Shown here piece by piece: positions 20,101-29,000 of a stretch of DNA of 64,000 nt (its first letter is position 1; the number at the start of each line of letters is the position of its first letter). The DNA lies in the NCBI GenBank assembly GCA_002633005.1, contig NMRA01000067.1, forward strand, positions 1,057,553 to 1,121,552, read 5' to 3'. A program made the position numbers and the translations under genes. Under the pieces are notes generated by a model. That model made no database searches. It worked only from the letters and a program-made list of their open reading frames with translations, and was not told where the DNA came from. This stretch comes from Phoronis australis. Taxonomy: Eukaryota > Animalia > Phoronida.

Positions 20101-22752
20101 TTTTCTCAAAACCTTACGATCTACCGTTACATCGAATTTGTAGTCACTGCAAAAAGATTTGTAGGCGTTGACAGCGTTTTGTATAGCTTGCATATCACCC
20201 AATTCTACAGCCGACACAATTCTGTCCTCTAGTTCCTTAGACTGCTTTTGTAGAACTTGTCTCCGTATTAAAGACAGCTTGTCTGTTGCCCCGTGTACTA
20301 CAGAATCGTTTTCTTCGACATAAGGTCGATTCTCAGCACAAAATGACTTATACTCTTCCAAAAACTTTTCAATTTGTTCTTTATCACCTGACTCCACGGC
20401 TTCATGGACATTTTGCTCGAGACGTAGACACTCTGCTTTTAAAGCTTCACGTCTCTCTTTCTCATGCAGTTCAGCAATATGTTGACACGTCTTTTCAACA
20501 ATGCTTTGATCCAATACAAGATAATCAGCATGTTTGCCGTAAAAAACTTGATACTCCCGAAGAGCTTTTTCGGTGTTTGCAACGTCATTGTGTGCTCTGG
20601 CGCCTTCCACTTTGTCCTTCAGAAAGTTGAAATGAGATTTCAGCGAGTTCAGGAACTCTTGTTCCTCCAAGATGGAAATCTTTCGTCGAGCAGCAGTTAA
20701 AATCTTTTCATCTAAGTCAATGAGCTCTCCATTCGCTGCACATAAAGTTTCATATTCAGTCAGCAGGCTTTCAATGACTTCCTTATCTTCGTGTTTAAGG
20801 GCCTTGTCAATTCTCTTTCTAAGATTTTTGTGCTCCCAAACTACGTGTTTGCGTTTCTTCTCTTGTCGCTTCATCTCTTTCTTTTCCTCCCGTCTAAACC
20901 GTTGTGACCTAGTGACAACCAGTTGATTTTGATTCTTTTTCCTCAACCAGTTCTGAGCATAAAGAATGATGAAAAAGATGATAAGACAAAGCACAATCAA
21001 TATGGGAGTAACTGCAATGGGTGCAACTGTTTCATCAGTCCAAAACACCACTTGACAAACAGATTCGGTGTCCCGATCCCAGTATCCATCAACGCATCTC
21101 AACGTTTTGACAGCTTGTCTGGCGTTGGCGTTGCACGTAAAAGCACACGTTTCTAGATACCTTCGTGTGCACGTTACGTTAAACTCGCCATTCGGGATGT
21201 AACGGTCGCACACATCAGTGCACAAAGTTTGAGGCTCATTTGTCCAGTAGCCGTTTTTGCATGTGATGGTCTCAAAAACTTGACGATAGCCTTTAACACA
21301 CCAGTATTTACAATTTTCACCTGACTTCAGTCTGCAGTTAACATCGACGTGACCGTTGGGGATGTCTCGAACACAATAGTTTGTACACAACCCAGTGGAA
21401 TTCGACCAGAATCCGTTCTTACACATGAGTTTGGAAACCGTTTCTCGACCATTGTTACATGCGTATGTACAGGTGCGACCTGGCTGTCTGTTACATTTTT
21501 CGTCAAGTTTGATGTCAGAAACTGTCTTGCAAGTGTCGGTGCAATAAGTTGAAAGTTCACCTTCCCAAAAACCATGGGAACACTTAATCTGCTTGGATCC
21601 ACCAACCTTCCTCCACCGAGTGCAAGAGTAGTCGCATAGTTCTCCGACAGTACCATGGCAGTTCTTAGCCATCTTGATTTGCCCTTCATGGGATACAGCC
21701 GGGCATATCATTTCCTCGCTTTCACAATTCTTTGGATCGCTCGTGATAAGCCGCATTCTGCTGTATTGGTTTATTTCAATAGTAACGTCCACTTTGTGGG
21801 TAAGGTCGGGGTTGTCTCGTGGTATTTTCCATATTTGGGAAGGGTAAACTTTTATGAGGGCACCGACAGCAAAGTAAATGAATTGTTGAGTGCTGACAAA
21901 ATCAAAAACTTCGATGTTGTGTTTAAATGGAATAGATCTGTGTACGACAAGATTGCCAGGTATGTCTCCAGTTGCACACTTTGAGTAGACATATACGTCC
22001 GTTTGGTCTAGGGTGTCCTTCCTGTAGCAAAACATGAGACGCAACCGTTTGTCAAGTGGTCTAGGGTCGATAATCATGCCACAAAACGAGCCAATAGGAA
22101 CGTCGGCGAACAGTTTTGTTGTCAGTATTCCAGACGTGCGTTGCCTAATAGCAAATCCACTGTATGTTTCAGATGGTACAGCGGTAAAGGCAACTCCACT
22201 GGCCTCGTCAACTACGACTCCGATTACATCTGCGTCAAACTCAAATTCAAAGTCCGGGCGCAGTGCAATACGCCCTAGTGGGTTGTCTGTGTTGGCAATT
22301 TTAAATACAACTGAAAAATCTGTGAAATATAATTTGTGCCTTTTTTCATCAAATCGTAATGAGGTTATATCGTCGTCAAATGCGATAGCATAACTTGACA
22401 TTGTCTTTGCCTTTGGTGGAGACTCCAGTGAATTTAAAGTGAACATCTGAAATCTTAAAGCGTCGTTATACTTAGCTGGCATGAGGAAATAGTAACGATT
22501 TTTCACAGGATCAAACTCAAAGCTTCTTATTCTATAAGAAGGGAAATATCCAACAGACACAACGGCTTGCTCAAAGGTGTTTAGCGACACCTTTTGCATA
22601 TGTACTAAACGAGAAACTTCGCTAAAATTGTCCAACGTATTTCCGCTCACAAGAAGAAAGCACGTGTTATTTTCTGAGTGGGTTGGATTGCAATCCACAC
22701 AACTAATAACTGTAAAAAGAAAAAGCATGCGTCGCGACACAAACCGAGTCAT
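17179..22752 (-). CDS. Intronless 1857-aa type I membrane protein: propeller-like ectodomain, 4 Sushi/CCP-like repeats, TM, ~15 helical repeats, C-terminal dynein microtubule-binding-like domain
   Basis: Single 5574-nt ORF. N-terminal hydrophobic signal, beta-rich region with FDPVKNRYYF/FDEKRHKLYFTD blade-like motifs, four six-Cys repeats each ending C..G.W......C, TM PILIVLCLIIFFIILYA followed by basic RKK, ~67-aa amphipathic repeats, and EIRGYSQPPKQVHEIMIASLLLLG...W...AAGEFYTWARSL. AATAAA about 60 nt past the stop. Confidence 0.9.
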   Translation of the reverse strand: MTRFVSRRMLFLFTVISCVDCNPTHSENNTCFLLVSGNTLDNFSEVSRLVHMQKVSLNTFEQAVVSVGYFPSYRIRSFEFDPVKNRYYFLMPAKYNDALRFQMFTLNSLESPPKAKTMSSYAIAFDDDITSLRFDEKRHKLYFTDFSVVFKIANTDNPLGRIALRPDFEFEFDADVIGVVVDEASGVAFTAVPSETYSGFAIRQRTSGILTTKLFADVPIGSFCGMIIDPRPLDKRLRLMFCYRKDTLDQTDVYVYSKCATGDIPGNLVVHRSIPFKHNIEVFDFVSTQQFIYFAVGALIKVYPSQIWKIPRDNPDLTHKVDVTIEINQYSRMRLITSDPKNCESEEMICPAVSHEGQIKMAKNCHGTVGELCDYSCTRWRKVGGSKQIKCSHGFWEGELSTYCTDTCKTVSDIKLDEKCNRQPGRTCTYACNNGRETVSKLMCKNGFWSNSTGLCTNYCVRDIPNGHVDVNCRLKSGENCKYWCVKGYRQVFETITCKNGYWTNEPQTLCTDVCDRYIPNGEFNVTCTRRYLETCAFTCNANARQAVKTLRCVDGYWDRDTESVCQVVFWTDETVAPIAVTPILIVLCLIIFFIILYAQNWLRKKNQNQLVVTRSQRFRREEKKEMKRQEKKRKHVVWEHKNLRKRIDKALKHEDKEVIESLLTEYETLCAANGELIDLDEKILTAARRKISILEEQEFLNSLKSHFNFLKDKVEGARAHNDVANTEKALREYQVFYGKHADYLVLDQSIVEKTCQHIAELHEKERREALKAECLRLEQNVHEAVESGDKEQIEKFLEEYKSFCAENRPYVEENDSVVHGATDKLSLIRRQVLQKQSKELEDRIVSAVELGDMQAIQNAVNAYKSFCSDYKFDVTVDRKVLRKASLTVSVIKQSEERQRLEEEFSELKIKLVSSMNAFRKDEIKSALSAYQLFCEKNCELFQIDGELVKQSYDVLLKIEEKERLNKLQEQADGLRQSLDQANKAFDEDLINQAFSDYLNFFKADGAELIPDEEIVKETNRNLIFIQEKKDREKLEELSKILKAATVAGKKGEMEKALSEYQAFCNAHGDVPCNTALIANTENKLAAIYKQEAVMALRSKLSGLESRLMELNKGFEERDIVEALDEYVKFCNEHNCDISVNESLVKETNVILAKIEEKKTREMVVAQFNALKEKLASACASRDKDTISSIIDKYRELQSCHPDFLEFDSSFVTGAEKVISEIKELERRAPIEAHYMAIKSKLTSAIHEKDKELISKILAEYKQFCSLNDDVVRADDGLVHEAQETVATITETEIKKRLEAKLDVLKAEICDALASMDKERIEQATAAYEHLCESNVKYLTPDDTLVVNAKETVCVIQENMKIAALQSKFSFLANCLAAAAKSTSKSDIESALQEYQFFYKDHSHCLDYDNILEAQALDAIAAIEKKERFDVLKQRLWGLKANLEKANLNSDKEHIQKALQSYLQFFEENEVKNMDIDIDESLVHECRSTLHHIKKREERELLQKKLDALKDALSNSIQSTDQQQIMNDMNQYEALYNQHKAQVSLDFDKTIFDQAAHVLQALRKYEEWKHLHEEHDQLRDALVKANDTLEVDLIDPAMNDYVNFYESHMDILKIDEKLVQEARCIIYAAKKREELAKASKDDDLEGLEKVIREIEEMGLERFLEPLFTWAKAQRDRLRRVLMLNKAVLSIDRALMNEIRGYSQPPKQVHEIMIASLLLLGDNEGLTRKWIQCQKLFSTIPLSDYVGLYYRIKNFKLSQLHPEIAARCLEILEPYSQDEVSKVCLAAGEFYTWARSLSEECLDTCKESLVVPAKLKRQKTIVKEMQKGNYPQVKELFNLKDCLKLGSELPFQGKSMSK

Positions 22753-22774
22753 CCTTGCATTTCAAAGTTGATGC

Positions 22775-22789
22775 TGACTCATGACGTCA
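22775..22789. promoter_or_regulatory. Abutting AP-1 (TGACTCA) and CRE (TGACGTCA) motifs just upstream of the 1857-aa ORF
   Basis: Exact consensus TGACTCA at 22775-22781 and TGACGTCA at 22782-22789, about 25 nt from the ATG. Function untested. Confidence 0.35.
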
Positions 22790-23026
22790 TAACTGTCTAC
22801 GTTGTTATGACGATTTCACGCAACGGTCAGTGAACCTTAACACAACCGAGTTTTTGTAAAACTATTGGCCTTGGTAAGCAAGTTTTCAAGTTCTATGCTT
22901 TTGATCCAGAAATTTACGGACAATAAGTGGCCGCTACGCCTTCTGCTACCACCGAAGACTTTCCAGGTGTACGCAGCCCAGAGGACGCGTTTTTCATGGG
23001 TCATGTATTCGAATAAAGATCATTAA

Positions 23027-24270
23027 TTACTCTGCGCGTGTGAGCGCAGAGTACTGTTGTTCCTGGGTTTTCTTCAATTTTATTCTTATTCTTCTTCTTA
23101 TTCTTCTTCCGACCAACTTTGAGGCTTAATAACTTCAAATTGGGTGCAGGTACGGTTTTTAAATTCAGCATATGACTTTTGACAGTATATAAATTTTGAT
23201 TGGTTATATAATCATATCCCATATTGCACCGGAAGAGGTCGTTTGGTGCAAAGGTCATATAATTTTCAAAATGCTACTCCTCCTTCAGTTTTAAAGCTAA
23301 CTTTTTCAAATTCGGTGCACAGGTATAACATGACAATTTTAAAAATTACTTTTCTAAGAAATCGGGTCATCCAATCAGGTGAAATAGGTCAAAGGTCATG
23401 AGGTGCAAACTAAAATTTTGAGCTAGACTCTTCAAATTGACAGGTCTGATTGCCACAGGTAAATCAACTTGGAATCCAAAGTTTCAGGTCATTTAGTGCA
23501 AACATGGGGTCATTAAGTGCATTTTTCTTCTGAAAATTTGACCTTTTCAATCAGCAAGTATTCTGATTTGTCAACCGTTAGACAACTGTGATTCTCAGCG
23601 TTAAACACATTTTCCATGCGCTTTGCAATAATTCTCCTAAAGATGCTTAAAATGCACCGGATAAGGTCAATTAGTGCAAAGGTCGTGTAACGTTCAAAAT
23701 GTTATATCTCTTACGTTTTTCAAGGAATTCTTTTCAATTTCAGCACACTAGTGTAAGTCAACATGCCAATTAAATACTCTACTTTACTTTGCAATAGGCC
23801 TAACCAATCAGAAAAAATAGGTCAAAGGTCATTGAGTGCAAATTAAATTTTGAGCTAGAGACTTCAGAATTACGTATCTGTTTACTAAGTGCGATTGAGT
23901 TTTTATTTCTAAATTTTCAAGTCATTTGGTGCACCCATGGGGTCATTAGGTGCACGTTTCTTCTGAAATTTGACCACTTCATTCATCTTGTATTCTGAAG
24001 TGCTTAAAGTACAAAATCTGTGATTAATAGCATTAACAACACTTTTAATCGAGTTAACAATTACTCCCTCATCGAGGCTCATAACGCACCGGAAGAGGTC
24101 AATTAGTGGAAAGGTCATCAAAAAAATAATATGTAATTTCTCCTACAATTTTAAAGAATTCCTTTTCATATTGGTAAACGGGTTGCTGTCAGTAACTTCC
24201 CGTAATAATTCCAGTAATACGCACGCGCAGAGTCCGTTATTGTCACGCCGTGACAATAATCTTTCTAGTT
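23027..24270 (+). mobile_element. Helentron-associated non-autonomous element (HINE/DINE-1-like), family B
   Basis: Subterminal inverted repeats actctgcgcgtg (~23029) and cacgcgcagagt (~24222). (TTC/TTA)n microsatellite at 23080-23110. Internal ~430-bp diverged tandem units (gcaccgga.aggtc at ~23226, ~23654, ~24087). 3' hairpin ttattgtcacg-c-cgtgacaataa and terminal CTAGTT. Confidence 0.8.
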
Positions 24271-26052
24271 ACCACTATAGTTGTTTTGTCTTGAGCAAGT
24301 TCTTTTAAAGTTACAAAGTACAGAAGACTTCTCCAACGATTGAAGTTGTCAAATCCCATTCAAACGATTAGTTTATTACCTTAAAAAGGGGCTTTTTACT
24401 GCTATTCTGGGTTCGTTTTTGCTGTGTCGAAACACTCTTGGCTTTGATCTAGGCTTCTGTCAACCACCACACGTGAGGCTGTTGTAAATTAAATCCCCAA
24501 CCAAGCTGACGTCACATGTGTTGGCCCGTTTCATTGCAAGCCGATTGCGATGGTTTGCCGTAGGGTGCCTGAATATGTTAAGTACAAAAACGCCACCTGA
24601 CCAGGGGCAGATTGAAAATTGCACGCCAAATTTAATAAAATCAGACCCGGGTTTCTTGAAACATAGAGCGGACACCCAAATAGTGACAATACGCGACCAT
24701 ACACTCATGCACGCACGTGGGTGCGTAAAGAATGCTACAGAATGTCAAAAGCTTCCAATTTTGAGAAACTGGACCGCTAATTGGAGCAATCGTAGATAAA
24801 GGAATTTTTAGACAGTTCGGGCCATTTCATGCTTGCCCCCAAAGTTGGCCAATCAAATGTGCCATTTTAAAACAACGTGAGATCGCCAGTTCACAGTGAC
24901 GAATTCAAGGTTCCAGCGACGTATAGCACTTCCACTACGTGGACAAAGTAATAGGCGACTCTCTTTCGTGTATTCGTCTATTGTTCATATAAACAAAACT
25001 GCAGTCATCGTACATTCCAGCAACTTGCAAAGATAGCGAAAATACAAACTGTACATAATCGAACTTTTTTGAGAGCTTCCCAAACCGGGTCCAAAATGGA
25101 ACCATTAGGACACGCTGTCCCACTGAACAAGTATACAAAGACCATTAGAAATTTCAATATTCGATACACACGTCAGGAGTGACCAATGACTCTAAACAAC
25201 TCAACCTTCACTCAACAATAAACCCTAAATTACAATATTCACAGGAGCCAACTTAATCTCTTAGACAATCACAATTAAACACTCGTGATTAATAACGTTT
25301 GATTATGTTTAACAATTAATATTGCTGTGAGCAGCAGAAAACGAACTTTGGCAACTGGAACAGTAAATTTCGTCCCACACATTCTCAACAAAGAGTCTCC
25401 AGCCTTCATATAACCCAAGCTATTAAGAACAATCATGGTTGTCATCTCCTAAAGCATTATTGGGCACACCACTTGAGTGATAAAAGCAGGATTCAACTAA
25501 AAAGTCATACTCTCTGTGTCACAGATTGGATCCTCTTGCTCTTGGTGGGTGGTCTTTCCCTTCAACTGTCCTGCAACTGCCTAAAGCCTAAGTCACGCTC
25601 ACGTCGTTTAGCAGACTTCCAGATTTTGCTCCAAACGTTCGTGGGTTGCCGTGAACTACAGAGCATCATTTATTTTCAGGAAACTGTATGCGAAAGTCGT
25701 TTTTAATATCTATTAATAAGTCAAAATCAGGTTTGGTATCCTTTTAAGTTCCAAATCATCTAATGTCAAAATGGCTCCTCCCTCAGGGGAGTATTTGTGT
25801 TTTCAAAGCTATTAGATGTTGACTTTTCCTTTGTCAGAACAGAAATTATTGACAATAAAAGATAAAAATGCATTCTCCCTGTTGGTAACACCATGAACAA
25901 CAACAGCACTTAAATTGACCGAGCATATGAGCAATATTTCAAAATTAAGATTTCTTTTTCAATATCCTTAAGGTTGAGGGAGTGTGACTTTGCATCTTTG
26001 TTGTTCTTACCAATTTGTTCCCATACTGTGAACAGATTTAGTAAATGTGTGC

Positions 26053-29000
26053 TCAGTTTTGAAAACAATCTTTGTTCTCAACTTCAGAAGAGTTATCTTG
26101 CACTTTCTGACTCTGTTGCTGCACGGATTGGCCTTGCTGCACTGAATGACCTTTCACAAAAGGCAACAACTGACTTGTCTGCACTAACTGAAGTGGCTGT
26201 ACAACTTTCACCAAACCTTGTAATCTTGGCTCAGTCAATACCACCTGTCTAACATTTTGTGCAGGGACACCAGCAACTGTGTTCAAAGCATTCAACTGAA
26301 TGGTTTGAGAAGGATTGATTGTCAGTTTTTGTGCCGCAGTAGAATTACTCTCAGCCTTTAATGTTATTCCCATGGTGGGAGCTGGAACAAATTGGAGAGG
26401 TCGAGAAGTTGTATGGTGCCCAGATTGATCAACGGTAAGAGATGGCAGACTAGGATTTGTTTGCATTGAACTCGAGGTAAGCATAGGTTGAACAGACTGA
26501 GACAACACGTGCTCAGCACTCAGCTGCACTGGTTTCCCTGGACTGTTGACTTGGCCCAATGGCATCTGAATACTAGGCGGTAAGGCCAGGTTTACTGCTG
26601 GCTTCTGACCAGTAACATTTTCCGTCATTGAAACTTGCGCCTTGCTGTGTATAGAAGAGGCCTGCAATTGCAGCTTGGATGCAGATAGCTGGGTGGACAT
26701 TTGGTGTTTCACTGAAGCTGCACTGGTGGAACTAACAACTCTTAGCTGACCTCCATTCAGTATTACTGGACTTCCATCAGCAGTGACAAGCTGTCCTCCA
26801 ATCTTAAATAGCAATAGAGGTTGATGTCCAGTGGCTCCACCTTTTGGGTCCACACTGTCCTGACCAACAGGTGAGGCATGGCTGGTGGGAACACCTTGGA
26901 GATGTATGCCAGGGGTTGCAGGAATGATGCTGGTCTGAGATGTGATGGCAGATGAAGATGTTGACACGAGGGTGGCAGAGGTGGAAAGGATGGATGGAAG
27001 GGTGCTGGTGAGAGGGGCTGAAAAATTACTAGTTGTCACTGGTAATGAAGGTGCGATGCTGGTTGCAACTCTAGGTCTGGATGACACAAGGCCCTGGGTG
27101 GGGATGACACCAGCCTGTTTCTGATGACGAATGCCAATAACAGGGGGCATACTCATACCCGTGATGCCAACCTGGGCCTGAAGCAAGGGATTGTTGCCAA
27201 CTGGCTTGCTGTTTACTGCCAGATGGTTTTGCTGTTTTACCTTACTACCCAATGCTACTAAACTACCTTGTGCGTGACTCTGTTTGGTCAGATGAGAAAC
27301 TTTGAACACCTTATCGGGAGTGGACTGCTGCAGACTGCTGTACTGCTCATGATTCAAAACAGCTCTCTGGACTGCAGATGCCGGTATTACATTCACAGGT
27401 GACACTGATGAAGGCCCTGTGACGGTAGGCCTAGCTTGCCCAGGCGACAATGTCCTGGGATGGGACGTGGCGACATCTGAGGAGAGTGGATTTGTTGGCT
27501 GGCTAATGAAGGCACTGATGGCTGCAGTGGAGGGTTGTGCAGGAACACTGAGGCTGGAGGTCACCACTACCTTCTGTTGCTGCTGAACCTGTAACACGAA
27601 GGAGAATACTGAAACTATTGTGAGGCAACACACACTGCTTTAGGTTTTATATATATGTAAATCTTAAACCAGTGTGGAAATATAGATTACAAACATTTTA
27701 AAGTCTGATCTGCATGCCACCTATTGGCCATATCACGTGATCTAATGAGCATAAGTCTGAAAAGATTTCTGGCCCCGACCGAGACTCCAACCCAGGACCT
27801 TCTGCTATCTGTGCAGATGGAGTTCTGTTCATTAGGTCACGTGATGTGGCCAATAGGTGGTGTGAAAACCAGACGTAAAAATGTTTGTGAAGTGCTTCAG
27901 GCTCTTTTTAAAAATGCAAGATGCCCGTTTGATGATCATGTCAACTCAACAACCAAGAATACTGGTAACAGGTTTTAGTGAAGTACATCGAGGTCATGTG
28001 ATTACATAGCTCACCGAAAAATTGATACAAATTACTTGAACAATCAACTGATAACTAAACATCATTATAATTATATTTTAAACGAGATTCTATCACAAAA
28101 AGTAATGATAACCACACCAGATAAAAGATTTTGAGAGAAAAATGTCCACCTTTCACAAAAAAGCACACAAAATGAGTCATAATTTTACTTTCTCAGACAT
28201 ACATACCTGACTCAAAAGTGCCTGTATGGCTGGATTCTGTTGTAAGGCTCCAGGTGACACCACCAGGTTTCTCGGCAACATGAGCACCCCCTGTTGGCCA
28301 GCACCTGCTGGTGACACAAGACGAACAATAACGTTCTTCTGTGGTGCCAGTGTCTTGTTGGTGTCTTTGGAAGGAGACGTCTTTGGTGGAATACCTACTG
28401 TAATTTTAACAAAATACTATTTAGTGGAGAGAACACACATTTTGTATTTATATCAGATAAACCAAAAAAGTAAAGTACTGTATACTAAGACACACTCTTT
28501 GGCTCATGTGAACTTCACACTTTGAGAACAAAGTTTTGTCAATTCTTCAAACAATTAAAGCTAATTAAAATGAATAATGTAAAAACACAAATAAATATTA
28601 ATCAATAAATTAATGAGCCATTTATAATACAACATGACAGTAGAGGTTCATTAGATAGCATAAAGAAGTTGTATTTTGTTAAATAACATACTGTTATTAA
28701 GTTTCAACCAAATCTATCTCACACTCAAAACACCTAATTCAACCCATTTTGAGCATCAATGACTACAGGTCACCTGGGGTATGTTTCATCAAAGTGACTT
28801 ACGACGTAAGACAGAAATTGGATTCTACGCTCCCGTTTCACTATTGATGAAAAAGGTTTCACTGCATAATTATGAGTGCATCACCGCCTCGACATAATTT
28901 AAAAAAATCGTCTCAGTAACTGGCATTTATGTGCGTACTTTCAGCAACTTTGCACTTCTGCTCAAGCGAGATTTGATTATTTTCTAAAATAATTATGTGG

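Noticed and set aside
17179-22752. The 1857-aa ORF as a dynein heavy chain, myosin or viral/transposon protein
   Set aside because: It has no Walker A/B or AAA ring, no motor head and no RT/integrase/capsid motifs. It has a signal peptide and a TM helix instead.
17684-22771. Many plus-strand ORFs overlapping the 1857-aa gene
   Set aside because: Antisense shadows of a long coding sequence with no recognisable motifs.
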